This document shows positions 42,973-54,201 of a DNA stretch of 64,000 bases, piece by piece. The stretch covers positions 480,001-544,000 of the forward strand of contig CBDAOC010000019.1 of assembly GCA_965197925.1 (NCBI GenBank), read 5' to 3'. Source of the DNA: Nitrososphaerales archaeon (GTDB lineage Archaea > Thermoproteota > Nitrososphaeria > Nitrososphaerales > UBA213). The position numbers were made by a program, and so were the translations under genes. Below the pieces are notes generated by a model. It did not search any database, had not been told where the DNA came from, and saw only the letters and a program-made list of their open reading frames with translations. Position 1 is the first letter of the stretch; every line of letters starts with the position of its first letter.

Positions 42973-43422
42973 ATGTCAGAATTAAGGGTGGGTGATAAAG
43001 CCCCAGAATTTATTGCCGGAACAAGTGGGGGAACAGTACATTTGAGGGATTATAATAATAAGAACTTGGTTGTTTATTTTTATGTTAAAGATCAAACACC
43101 AGGTTGTACAATGCAGTCCTGTAGTTTGCGTGATGGAATAAATAAGATAAAAGAGCAGAAAGCGGAAGTATTAGGAGTCAGTGTCGACGATCTAGAATCG
43201 CATAAACGGTTCATAGAAAAGGAAAATCTAACTTTTCCTCTAGTAGTTGATATAGATTTTAGCATAACCAAAGCATTTGGTGTATTTGATAAAGAAAGAC
43301 AGAGTTCAAGAAGGGTGACATTTATTATAGATAAGAATGGTATAATTGGGCACATATTTTCGAAAGTTGATGTAAGAGTTCATGCGGAAGAGGTTGTGTT
43401 AGCACTTAAAGCGATCAAGTGA
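42973..43422 (+). CDS. bcp: peroxiredoxin (BCP/PrxQ)
   Basis: VGDKAPEF, YFY.KD.TPGCT.Q.C, R.TFIID. Confidence 0.92.
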   Translation: MSELRVGDKAPEFIAGTSGGTVHLRDYNNKNLVVYFYVKDQTPGCTMQSCSLRDGINKIKEQKAEVLGVSVDDLESHKRFIEKENLTFPLVVDIDFSITKAFGVFDKERQSSRRVTFIIDKNGIIGHIFSKVDVRVHAEEVVLALKAIK

Positions 43423-43426
43423 TAAG

Positions 43427-44701
43427 ATGCCTAACGTCCTGATAATTGGAAGTGGTGGAAGGGAACATTGTCTGGGCTGGAAGTTAAACAAAAGTTCACT
43501 TGTGGAAAAAACGTTTTTTGCGTCAGGAAATGGTGGCACCTATGAGAACATATCCATTACACCAAATGAAATTGGTAAAATAGTAGAATTTGCTGGAAAA
43601 AATAAGTGTTTTACAGTAATAGGACCCGAGGAACCACTTTCTAGGAGTATTGTAAATGAGTTTGAAAGTAATGGCCTGACAATTTTTGGTCCTAGCAAGG
43701 AAGCAGCAGAACTGGAAACTAGTAAAGTTTGGTCCAAAAACTTCATGAAGAAATATGAGATAAGAACAGCAGGGTTTCATACATTTAACGATATTGAATC
43801 TGCCAAATACTATGTGCAAGAAAGTGATAAACAACTTGTAATAAAAGCCGATGGTTTAGCTGCTGGCAAAGCTGTGTTTGTATGCAATTCGAAACAAGAA
43901 GCATTTGCTGTTCTAGAAAGGATAATGGTCAGAAAAGAATTTGGAGATTCTGGTAATAATGTTATTATAGAGGAACGAATCGATGGCCAAGAAGCCTCCT
44001 TCATAGCGATGACAGATGGTAAAAGGATGATCTCCTTGGCTTCAAGTCAGGATCATAAGAGAATTTATGATGGTGACAAAGGACCCAATACCGGTGGAAT
44101 GGGTGCATGTTCTCCTACACCATTGATAGATCAAAAATTGCATGATAAGATTATGCGAAACGTTATACAGAAAGCTGTAGTGGGAATGAAAAATGAAAAC
44201 AGAAAGTTCAAAGGATTTATCTATGCAGGTCTGATGATTAAAAATGGTGAGCCATATGTTTTGGAGTTTAATGTTAGAATGGGAGATCCTGAATGTCAGC
44301 CTATTTTAGTGCGAATGGAATCTGATCTTTTCCAGTACATGGAATATTGTGTGAGAGAAAAACTAGATGAGTTAGAGGATATGAGATGGAGTAGACGATC
44401 AGCAGTTTGTGTTGTGATGGCATCGAAGGGATATCCAGGCCGTTATGAATGTGGGAAGGTAATAAGAGGTCTTGATAAAATAGTTACAAATACCGTTTCT
44501 GTATTTCACTCGGGAACTGCATGTAATAATGGAGATATAATTACTAATGGAGGACGTGTGCTCGGTGTGACAGCTATTGGAGATGGTATGGAAAATTCGA
44601 TTAAGAATGCATATAACGCGGTTAACAAGATAAACTGGGAAGGTGTATACTATAGAACAGATATAGGAAAGAAAGCTCTGCTTTCCTTGTCAAACAATTG
44701 A
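43427..44701 (+). CDS. purD: phosphoribosylamine-glycine ligase
   Basis: GSGGREH, KADGLAAGK, QDHKR..DGD.GPNTGGMG, EFNVR.GDPE, GGRVL, YRTDIG. Confidence 0.97.
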   Translation: MPNVLIIGSGGREHCLGWKLNKSSLVEKTFFASGNGGTYENISITPNEIGKIVEFAGKNKCFTVIGPEEPLSRSIVNEFESNGLTIFGPSKEAAELETSKVWSKNFMKKYEIRTAGFHTFNDIESAKYYVQESDKQLVIKADGLAAGKAVFVCNSKQEAFAVLERIMVRKEFGDSGNNVIIEERIDGQEASFIAMTDGKRMISLASSQDHKRIYDGDKGPNTGGMGACSPTPLIDQKLHDKIMRNVIQKAVVGMKNENRKFKGFIYAGLMIKNGEPYVLEFNVRMGDPECQPILVRMESDLFQYMEYCVREKLDELEDMRWSRRSAVCVVMASKGYPGRYECGKVIRGLDKIVTNTVSVFHSGTACNNGDIITNGGRVLGVTAIGDGMENSIKNAYNAVNKINWEGVYYRTDIGKKALLSLSNN

Positions 44702-44758
44702 TTAGATTTTGAACTTTAAGGGTTTTTGCTGTGCTACACAAATAAGGAAACAATTACG

Positions 44759-45252
44759 TTATTCAACATAATGATGATGAACTAATTGATCATAGAACCT
44801 CACCGACTTGATGTTAACAAACTCTAACATGCCATATCTCGAAAGCTCTCTACCAAAACCACTATTCTTAATACCGCCGAATGGAATCCTTGGATCTGAA
44901 ATCACCACGTTGTTAACACTTGGCCAGATTCTATCAACCTTGACAATTTTTCTGCCTTGTCAAGATCTTGCGTCCATATGCTTGCGCCAAGACCGAATTT
45001 AGAATTATTCGCTAATCTAATTACCTCCATTTCATCCTCGACAACAGTTATCGGTGAAACTGGACCAAAGGTTTCCTCAGACGCTATCCGCATCTTTGGA
45101 GACACCTTGTCTAGAACAGTTGGACTGTAAAAGTAACCTTTGCTCTCTGTCCGTTTGCCTCCTGTAAGAAGCTCTGTTGTTAGCTTACCTCTATCCACTA
45201 GATTTGTCCGTGCTTCCTCCCCTAACGATGCCTTGGCTGTAAGACTATCCAT
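44759..45252 (-). pseudogene. aldehyde dehydrogenase C-terminal fragment
   Basis: EETFGPV, FGLGASIWT, then in another frame PFGGIKNSGFGRE; 5' part replaced by an IS remnant. Confidence 0.85.
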
Positions 45253-45652
45253 GGACTGCCAATTCCATCCAAATCCCTTAGATTCATCATATTATCCAAG
45301 CAACTTCTTCTACAGGTTGTGGAAAACTCCTTTCTGAACCCAATCCTGAACCCTTTGACATGTAAAGCCTGGAGTGTATTCTTCTTGTGGTATTTTTGCC
45401 ACTGGCATCCAGTACTTAGGACGTATATTATGCTATCCAGTACCTTCCTACATGGTACAATAGGTCTTCCAACCGAATCTCCTGGATTCTCTGGCGGGAA
45501 TCTTTTTCATTTCATTCCATAAATAATCCGGTACATACCATACCGTTAGCATTCTTCTCTTATTTTTCTTCATAGAATGAGATCTGATGAGGTGATCTAG
45601 ATCTGTTTTGTTGGAAGAAATTGGGTCTAACGGTTAATTTTGGGAGAGGCTC
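45253..45652 (-). mobile_element. IS5-family 5' remnant
   Basis: Minus strand VPDYLWNE..GRP...RKVLDSIIYVLSTGCQW; TIR-like GAGCCTCTCCCAAAA. Confidence 0.7.
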
Positions 45653-45801
45653 TTAGTGCCATATCTCATTATTCAAAGTGTTTAGAAAACATGTAAGGGT
45701 GATATCGATGTATTTTATCGAAATTTTTATCCATATATTTAAGTCAAATAATCAATAACGTCCTTATAGCATCTAGTTTTATTGTTATATCAAGAAATTG
45801 G

Positions 45802-46473
45802 TTAGGAAATATTTCTCTTCCTAACTCGCTTAATATTGATTGAAACTAAATTCTTGCAAACACTATCTCCCCTTGCGATACAATCTCTCAATTCTACGTC
45901 TATTCCACCTAAGCAAATTTTTAAAAATTTCTTATCAAGTATTTCGCAAGTTAGATCCGCATACTTGCAGGCAACTTCATGCCATATGCAATTCTTTCTA
46001 GTTATTACAAAACTCCCTTTTTCTTGTTCAAAACTTGCTTCAAACCCAAGGTCGTTAAGAATCTTGACCAATGCACGAATACGTTCTTTGATGTCGCTTA
46101 TACCTGAAACACTAGGTATCTGCCTAGCGAGTTGATTTGCAACTAATGACAAAACTTTCTTTGTATTCTCTGGACCGTTTAATTTAATCAACTGATCAAG
46201 TATCGTACTCAGCATTGACACATATTTTCTTGGGAATGTCTCATATCCAACATCTGTTAATCGATAGAATTTCTTTGGTCTCCCGAGTCCGGCCTTCTCA
46301 AAATAATGATCGACAATTCCTTCTCTTTGAAGGGTGTCAAGATGACCCTCAACGGCCGTTCTGTTTATTTTCAGTTTATCCGCTAAATGTCCTAAAGTCC
46401 TTGGACCACCTCGGATATCTGAAAGAATTTTTTGCTTTGTCTCCCCGAGTAGATGGAGTAGGCCAGTTTGCAA
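45802..46473 (-). CDS. HTH transcriptional regulator, SufR/COG2345-like
   Basis: N-terminal wHTH with GRPKK.Y.LT..G...FP..Y; C-terminal NC, C, CIARGD..C. Confidence 0.85.
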   Translation of the reverse strand: MQTGLLHLLGETKQKILSDIRGGPRTLGHLADKLKINRTAVEGHLDTLQREGIVDHYFEKAGLGRPKKFYRLTDVGYETFPRKYVSMLSTILDQLIKLNGPENTKKVLSLVANQLARQIPSVSGISDIKERIRALVKILNDLGFEASFEQEKGSFVITRKNCIWHEVACKYADLTCEILDKKFLKICLGGIDVELRDCIARGDSVCKNLVSINIKRVRKRNIS

Positions 46474-46716
46474 TTAACTTAAAAGAACAATGCATATATA
46501 TATATATTTAAACAGTTTATCTACTTTAGACAGTAAGAAGTGTTTAAATAGGTTCCAAAGTTATGATGATTTATTTATGATGAAAAAACATCATGTAAGT
46601 ATATCACAAAATTATCGAAGGATAGGAGACTCTTTCAATTATACCCACAAAGAATTCCTCTTCGAGAAGCAGTGTGATGAAAAATGGGATGTTAACATTG
46701 AATGGGTGAGGTCTAT

Positions 46717-47079
46717 ATGGCTAGGCTAGACTTGCAGAACGAATCCACTAGTCGCAACTTACAAGGGCTTAATAAGACTTTACAGATAAAAACAAAGGTT
46801 GTATGGAAAGAAATAACCTGGCCTTTGTTTGTCTGGAAGAAGACGGGATGTTTTGCATTAGAAGACTACATACACAAATTCTTAGAAAGCGATGAGGAGG
46901 ATGAGTTTTGGATTAAACATTTTGAATTTTGTGGATACATATTTTCTTTGTTAGAAAATGGAATAACGAGGAAGAAAGAGTTAGATTACAAACAAAAATA
47001 TTATCTAGAATTGTATCCTAAAATTCGTAGCGAAACAAGGGTAGATCTAGGTAAGATTATTGGTAATGTGGAGGTATGA
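46717..47079 (+). CDS. hypothetical protein, paralog of 14679-15005
   Basis: VWKEITWPL..F..E.Y...SL...G...R.D.G shared pattern; GAGGT SD. Confidence 0.7.
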   Translation: MARLDLQNESTSRNLQGLNKTLQIKTKVVWKEITWPLFVWKKTGCFALEDYIHKFLESDEEDEFWIKHFEFCGYIFSLLENGITRKKELDYKQKYYLELYPKIRSETRVDLGKIIGNVEV

Positions 47080-47614
47080 ATATTTGTCATCTCCAAGTCA
47101 AGTTATCGTATTGATGATTAGAGAAGCTGGAATCACTAATATCGATATGCTTTCTTCAGAAACATATAAGCTCAAAGAAATAGCAAATAACTATTATCTT
47201 GATATATCAGGTAAGGTGAAGGAAACAGGAATAAGTAGAGAAATTCTTGGTTCTGTTGCATCCTTGATCTGCTTTCCGAGTAGGGGACAGAAGAAGGTAT
47301 TAGAGTTTCTAATACAATCAGGAGAAGTTACAAAGGATTTCTTGGTAAAGAATTTTGGTCATCCCGCTTACAGTGTAACAGTGCTCACATTGGATGCACT
47401 TGATATGGTCAGCATCGAGTACAGGATTAAGCGCAGAAAATACTCCTCAGGATATAATAGTACAAGAATCGCAGTCGTAATACCCAACCCACAGAAAATC
47501 AAGAATTTCTGGTGTGATCTCTTTCCCGAAGGTTATGAACACAAGAATGATGATACTGTTCAAAATGTTGAGCAGAGGATTCACTCTAGAAGATTATCTA
47601 AACTATTGGGCTGA
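47060..47614 (+). CDS. hypothetical protein (possible winged helix); start uncertain, possibly TTG 47084
   Basis: Intact ORF packed between its neighbours; GGAGG SD at about 47070. Confidence 0.6.
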   Translation: MVMWRYEYLSSPSQVIVLMIREAGITNIDMLSSETYKLKEIANNYYLDISGKVKETGISREILGSVASLICFPSRGQKKVLEFLIQSGEVTKDFLVKNFGHPAYSVTVLTLDALDMVSIEYRIKRRKYSSGYNSTRIAVVIPNPQKIKNFWCDLFPEGYEHKNDDTVQNVEQRIHSRRLSKLLG

Positions 47615-47625
47615 GTTTAGAGGTG

Positions 47626-48525
47626 ATGGAAGTATTTTCCGGTCATGAATGCTCTGATAACAAGAGCGTTCTGGTGATGGATAAAGAAACTGGGGAACTC
47701 CTTTGTAGTAAATGCGGTATTGTTGTAAGAGAAAGAACTGAAGCATTTGATTCAGAACGGTCAAATTTTTCAAGTATGTATAAAGATGGAAATAGAACCG
47801 GTATGCCTGCATCGCTTGCGGTACACGATATGAATTTGACTACATTCATCAGCCGAGCGGGTAAAGACGCATCCGGAAATCTACTTCAGTCATCGATGGA
47901 CACCACATTTAAGCGGTTACGAACTTGGGATTTGAGAATTCAGATTAAAAAACCTGGAGAAAGAAATCTATGGCAGGCATTCATGGTATTGGATAGGTTA
48001 AGGGCGAAGTTAGGATTAGGTGACGATGTAGTTGAAAAGGCTGCATACATTTACAGAAAGGGTATGCGTTTGGCCCGAGGAAGATCCATAATAGAGCTAG
48101 TCGCTGCATCTCTTTATTTTGCCTGTAAGGATAGCGGAGCAACTAGAACATTAAAGAACATTGCAGATGCAAGCCAAGTAAGGAAGAAGAGGGTAGCAAG
48201 ATGCTATATGGTTTTGGTAAGAGACTTGGATTTGAGGATACCTCTTATCGATCCAATAAAATATGCGGGAAGAATAGCAGATAAAGCCCATCTCAGCGAG
48301 AGAACAAGGAGGAAGGCGATTGATATTCTTAAGCAATCCGAAGTTGTGAAGATATTTTCAGGCAGTCACCCCATGGCTATAGCTGCCGCAGCGTTATATT
48401 ACTCATGCATACTTATGCAAGAGAATAGGACTCAAGAGGAAATGGCTGATGCTGCAGAGATCACTGGGGTTACGCTAAGAAAATTATATAGGAAGCTAGA
48501 AGCTGTTCTTAAGATTAAAACCTAA
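47626..48525 (+). CDS. tfb: transcription initiation factor IIB paralog
   Basis: D.ETGE..C..CG.V zinc ribbon, RTG.P, HDM.L.T.I, RLR.WD, ERNL, RGRSI, two cyclin repeats. Confidence 0.93.
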   Translation: MEVFSGHECSDNKSVLVMDKETGELLCSKCGIVVRERTEAFDSERSNFSSMYKDGNRTGMPASLAVHDMNLTTFISRAGKDASGNLLQSSMDTTFKRLRTWDLRIQIKKPGERNLWQAFMVLDRLRAKLGLGDDVVEKAAYIYRKGMRLARGRSIIELVAASLYFACKDSGATRTLKNIADASQVRKKRVARCYMVLVRDLDLRIPLIDPIKYAGRIADKAHLSERTRRKAIDILKQSEVVKIFSGSHPMAIAAAALYYSCILMQENRTQEEMADAAEITGVTLRKLYRKLEAVLKIKT

Positions 48526-49543
48526 TACTTCATCTACCCACGGATTGATTTGCAAAGCGGGAAACCGTCTCAACATTAACATTTTTGACAAAGACCTAGA
48601 ATTAGAGAATTAGAAGAGACAAAAGGAAGATTTCTCATTTAGTCCTACGGTAAAATTTTGGTGATTGCTAGAAAAATTTGGATTGTTGTTGACTTACAAT
48701 CTTTGATTATTATGCTCTAGTTGCTTATCATACTTCATGATAAAAGATAGAAGGTACGATTTGTTCGCTATCTTTGATGAAGATTTCGAAACTATGCTTA
48801 CATAATAATGATATACCAAATAAGAGGTTGTAAGAATGGTTAATTAAAATAATGGAAAACATTGGTAATGGGAGGCCAAATACACTTTAATGAAATTATT
48901 TGCTCAATTGAAGATGCAGTAACCAAAATATTATCATAAGACTCAAAGGGATGCACTAGTAATTCAATTACAATCAAATATTCAAACCCACATTATTATT
49001 TCGAGTTAGATATGATTAAAACAAAATCCAACAATGAACCTAAAAACAAAGATGATGGTTATTGGATACAATTTGCTAGGTATCATCCCGTAGTATAAAG
49101 AAAACACTTTTTGATATTTGGATACGACAACTTGCCCTTAGTTCACAATTTTTAAAAGAATGCAAAAACAATGAAAAAATCTGGGAAGAATTAATAATTT
49201 CATTTAAATCTCAATTATAAAATAGTATGGAAGGCATTCAAGCCATTAAAAATGTAAAAACCAAAAGTCAACAAACAGTACCCTATTGTGCTACGAAAAT
49301 GATGGAACCCCATACCATAGACATCTATTAAGAGAAATTATTCTAGAGCCTAGTCTATTATGGTCTGATTTTATCTCTCAATACACTGACAATCAATAGC
49401 TAATGTTAAGAATTGCCAGTGCTAATAAAGAACGGCATGACATAGCAACTAAAGCCAGAGCCACCATTGGACTCGCTTTATACTTATTTTTAAAATACCC
49501 GTCTAAAAAGTTGTCCTCAAACTAAACATGAGAATAACTTCTC

Positions 49544-50428
49544 TTACTCTATTGCCTTTTTTAGCCAATCCATTATAACGCAAGAAAGCTTTTGTTCTTT
49601 ATTTGTAAAACCATGATCAGCATTTTTTATGATTTCCCAATTGAATATTTTGGAATCACTTTTCTCTTCAAGAATTTTCAAGCATTCTTGTACAGGCTTA
49701 ACTACGTTTACGTCGCTATCTCCAAAAACTGCGAGAATAGGACATCTAATGCTACTAAACTCCTTCAACTTGGAGTCATAGTTGAATAGCCTAGCCTCCA
49801 CATTACGCAAATCAGCATAGCTCAAGAACCTTTTTGCAGTATAATGGGAGATCCATTTGGGCGTAAGTTCGCTACCATATTGCTTCTTCACCATATTTTT
49901 GCATATCGCAACTGCCTTTGTGAAGTTTGTTCCTAATTGTTTTCTTGATAAGTTATAGTCATCACAAGGAGCAAGTAGGACTATTCCTTTGACAATTTTA
50001 TCTCCAATCTTGTACTGATAATAGCATACTTTTTGACATCCCGTGCTATGCCCCAGAAGAATAACTTTCCTGTATCCTAGACTTTTTAAAAAACCTACAG
50101 CCCCATCTATGTCATATACACATGCTTCGAATTTTTCCCTTGCAGTTCCGATTAGCGCTCTTCTTCTGTTTTTCTTTCTGAATGAAAACACCGAACCCAT
50201 CCCCCTATTGGCCGCAAGAAATATGTCAAATTCTGACCCTGTTGCTTGTTGGTGTAGTTTCCAGTAGCGGACAGAAGAAAAAAAATTACCGGTCATCCCA
50301 AATACATTCAAAATGATTTTTTTATTTTTTGGTTTTGAGTGAATAAGGAAACCATTCAGCTCTAGTTTATCCTTTGTATAAAATGTGACAAGCGTTCCTC
50401 TTATTTTCCTAAACCTATTCTCCATCAT
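49544..50428 (-). CDS. alpha/beta hydrolase (DUF1749-like)
   Basis: GHSTGCQ nucleophile elbow, G.SD, ADHGF. Confidence 0.85.
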   Translation of the reverse strand: MMENRFRKIRGTLVTFYTKDKLELNGFLIHSKPKNKKIILNVFGMTGNFFSSVRYWKLHQQATGSEFDIFLAANRGMGSVFSFRKKNRRRALIGTAREKFEACVYDIDGAVGFLKSLGYRKVILLGHSTGCQKVCYYQYKIGDKIVKGIVLLAPCDDYNLSRKQLGTNFTKAVAICKNMVKKQYGSELTPKWISHYTAKRFLSYADLRNVEARLFNYDSKLKEFSSIRCPILAVFGDSDVNVVKPVQECLKILEEKSDSKIFNWEIIKNADHGFTNKEQKLSCVIMDWLKKAIE

Positions 50429-50731
50429 ATAGCATCTACTCCATCACAATTCATCTTTACTTGTTGTTTAAACCCTTTGCTCTTTAAAGGTATAAACGCC
50501 TCATTCTTGAATTAATCCAACTATACAAGTTATTGATAACTTTGCTAATATTTATGGGGGAGCCATTCATATTTTCTTCAACATATTTTTCATTTGTTGC
50601 TTTGTCCTTTTCCCTAATGGTCTCTTATTGGTCTTGGTTATTGTTCCAGTTTGACAAGTCGCAATGACGGAAAATATTTTGATTTTTGGATTCACAAATG
50701 CTTAAATTAGTTCAGGACCGCTTGTAAGCAG

Positions 50732-50880
50732 ATGGGCTACATTTTAGCTAAGTTTTACTTGAAATATCCTAAACTAATTCCTATCCTCTTATTATTACCC
50801 TTTTTCATTGTTCTAATTTTATCCGCACAAGCTAGTCCGGACATTTCTGTGATTTGTAACCCACAAGAAGAATGTATAGT
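50732..50880 (+). pseudogene. 5' fragment of a secreted-protein gene truncated by IS5 copy 3
   Basis: Signal-peptide-like ORF running into the TIR; no continuation beyond the IS. Confidence 0.55.
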
Positions 50881-51732
50881 CAACTCATCTCAAAACCCTA
50901 CAATACATCAAAAATGATGCAAGATTAACAAATGCCAGATAGTTTTCTGCCGTTCTTTCATACCTGGTTCTTGTTCTGTGAAATCCATTCTTGAGCCATG
51001 CAAGGAATCTCTCAACTACAAATCTTGTCTTGCTGTAATGTTTGCAATCATTATTTTGCAAGATGAACTTGGGATTTATTTTGTATGGGATGCAACATGC
51101 AATATTTCTATCCCACAAATACATTCTGATGTATTTTGCATCATTTTGTCTGCATAAACTGATTCTATCTGTTGTATTGAATCATCATCAAGATAGTCTG
51201 AAATTGATCCTGTAACATCCATGCATTTTGTACTGTCATGTTCATTTGCTGGACTCAACAGTATGGATATTGGAAATCCGTTACTCTCTACTGCGGCATG
51301 TATTTTTGTACCTGTTATTCTCTTGAATCCATTATATCCAGTTACATTGCCCCTTTTTTATCAGGAATGGATGAAGAGTCAACTGATATTTTTTGCAGAT
51401 TAATTTTGCCAGATTTATGTGCTGAGTGAATAGTACGTGATAGAATCTTTTTCCAGATTCCTTTTTGTTGCCATTTGTTTAACCTTCTGTTTGCAGTAGA
51501 ATCATCACCATATCTTTTTGGCATATCGTCCCATCGGCATCCAGTAGTTAGAACATGGATTATTCCGTTAATGATTTTTCTATCATAATCCCTAGGCCTG
51601 CCAGTTTTTGCATGTGGTGGTATGTGTGATTCCATCATACTCCACTGTTTGTCTGATAATTCTTGGAATTTCATAAAATAATTTTAGATGTCGCTATTCA
51701 TGGATCTAAATGGTTAGTTTTGAGATGAGTTG
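50881..51732 (-). mobile_element. IS5-family element, copy 3 (defective)
   Basis: Same TIRs and sequence; 22-bp subterminal deletion. Confidence 0.93.
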
Positions 51733-51820
51733 GAAGAAGTATGGAGTCTGAGCTAAACATATCAACAATAAAAACTAGAACCTGAACTTATCGTTTCGAA
51801 CTAAATTACGCCCAAGCCTC
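51733..51820 (-). mobile_element. isolated left end (88 bp) of the 22868-type IS
   Basis: Reverse complement closely matches 22868-22955. Confidence 0.85.
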
Positions 51821-51947
51821 ATATAATTGTTAAAGTAATTACGATAAGTTTTGAAATTCTTTTTGAAGAATGATCAAAGTTAAATGCATTATTAACGCTA
51901 AAGTTTTGTTGGTACAAAAATGGGCATTAATACTAACATCACTGATT

Positions 51948-53425
51948 ATGGATAGCATTTCTAACAAGAAAAAACTGATAGCGCTACTGATAGCAGTTGT
52001 GCTGTTAGAAGCAACGACTAATGTTGATGTGCTTGACGCACAGTCAGACGATAGCTCCTTTCTTGTACGGACATTGGAGGGTCATACCAGTTTGGTCGAT
52101 GCAGTAGCAGTAACACCAGATGGCAAAGCCATCTCTGCTTCTGCTGACAATACGCCCAAGGTGTGGGATATAGAGTGGTGAAGAGCTGAGGACACTGGTG
52201 GGTCATATGGAATTGGTCTTTGAAGTTGCAGTAACACCAGATGGTAGCAAAGCCATCTCTGCTTCTGCTGACAATACACTCAAGGTGTGGGATATAGAGT
52301 GGGAGGAGCTGAGGACGTTGGAGGGTCATACCGATGCGGTCTTTGAAGTTGCAGTAACACCAGATGGTAGCAAAGCCATCTCTGCTTCTGCTGACAATAC
52401 ACTCAAGGTGTGGGATATAGAGTGGGAGGAGCTGAGGACGTTGGAGGGTCATACCGATGCGGTCTTTGAAGTTGCAGTAACACCAGATGGTAGCAAAGCC
52501 ATCTCTGCTTCTGCTGACAATACACTCAAGGTGTGGGATATAGAGTGGGAGGAGCTGAGGACGTTGGAGGGTCATACCGATGCGGTCTTTGAAGTCACCA
52601 GATGGTAGCAAAGCCATCTCTGCTTCTGCTGACAATACACTCAAGGTGTGGGATATAGAGTGGGAGGAGCTGAGGACGTTGGAGGGTCATACCGATGCGG
52701 TCTTTGAAGTTGCAGTAACACCAGATGGTAGCAAAGCCATCTCTGCTTCTGCTGACAATACACTCAAGGTGTGGGATATAACGAGTATTAAAACCAGTGA
52801 AGAGAGTGGTAAAACCAGTGGATGTCTTATTACCACAGCAGCTTTTGGTTCGGAATTGTCACCGCAGGTGCAGTTCCTGCGTGATTTCAGGGATCAAAAA
52901 ATTATGAACACTTTAGCTGGCAGTAATTTCATGCAAGTATTCAACGCTTGGTACTACTCATTCAGTCCATATGTTGCCGATTATGAAAGGGCACAGCCAT
53001 GGTTGCAGCAAACAGTCAAAACATCCATCTATCCATTAATAGGGATTTTGCAGACATCCGAAAAGGCGAATTCTTCAATAGATGGTGAGTATGGGGCAGT
53101 AGTTGCTGGGCTTATTGCTAGTTCCATGATTGGTGCATTATACTTCTGGCCATTTGCAATCTCTGTAAGACGAGTTCGTATTAATCAATTCAATTACAAG
53201 CTTGCTCTCTCTATGATCGCAGTTGTATCTATTAGTATAATCGCTTCATTAGCAGCAGGCAATGAATATGCTTTGATGGCAAGCACGTCATTGTTTGTAT
53301 TGACTTTAGTTTCAGTTTCAGCAGTGCTATCTGCGAAACTAATCGTAACAGTATTTCATACTGCTGGTAATATGATGGCAAAGAGACTTGGCCCCGAAAT
53401 AATAAAAAAATCCAAACATATCTAG
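51948..53425 (+). pseudogene. secreted WD40-repeat protein with CFI-box-CTERM domain, frameshifted
   Basis: Signal peptide; six GH...WD repeats; GCLITTAAFGSELSPQVQFLRDFRD domain followed by TM helices; breaks near 52178 and 52595. Confidence 0.88.
52068..52780 (+). repeat. six ~123-bp near-identical WD40-coding repeats
   Basis: Units start at about 52068, 52188, 52311, 52434, 52557 and 52672. Confidence 0.92.
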
Positions 53426-53522
53426 CTACGTTCATCACTTATTCAGCTATTAGCGTTAGTCCGTACATTCGTATTGATAGTAGTATTGGCGATAGTATGG
53501 GCGATTTTGAAGTTGTCCATAC

Positions 53523-53768
53523 CACCCCTTCGATCGCGAGGGGTGTACGATCTACCCACATGTGTCCCTAGATGCTTGAGTGATAGAATAAGAATAGATT
53601 CTAACAAATACAGTTCAGTCGTTCGTTGTAATCTTAACAATCCAAGAACAATTTAAGAGACGCAAACCGTCCTCCGCTCTTCACTATATGACCCAGTCAC
53701 TGTCTATACACAATTCATGCTAGGGACATATGTTGGTAGATAGAACACTTCGATCGCGAGGGGGGAGA
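53523..53768. repeat. non-coding element with long imperfect inverted arms and twin terminal hairpins
   Basis: CTTCGATCGCGAGGGG at 53528 and 53748; GTGTACGATCTACCCACATGTGTCCCTAG is complementary to CTAGGGACATATGTTGGTAGATAGAACAC. Confidence 0.7.
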
Positions 53769-54201
53769 CCCTATTTAAAGTGGCTAGATAAAAATCCATT
53801 GAGCACCGCTAATATCCCTAATACCTCCCGGCCCGCTTCCACAGGTGAGATAAATCGCTTTTGAAAAGAAATCATATATCAGTAAAAAGCCATCAGGGTT
53901 GAGTCCCTACCACATGTTTATTTCTGTTGTATATGTAGTAAGGCATTCTGGCCTTCAAAAACACAATCAACATAGTTTTGGCAAGTTTGGCGTATCTAGA
54001 CTCTTTCATACATAGACATGAAAGGTATCTAACCGTAACCGAATGATTTCACTACAATTCTACACAATGGGCTAAAATCTATGGTTTCCACAGAGCCTTT
54101 CCAGCATAAGATATTAATATTAAAACAGGGTAAGATTTGTATGGTGTACAAAGTTACACTGTGCAACACAGTAACCTCTACACTTAAGGAGGCGTTGTAA
54201 A

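Noticed and set aside
52068..52780. Diversity-generating retroelement TR/VR pair
   Set aside because: No reverse transcriptase in the window, and differences are not adenine-specific
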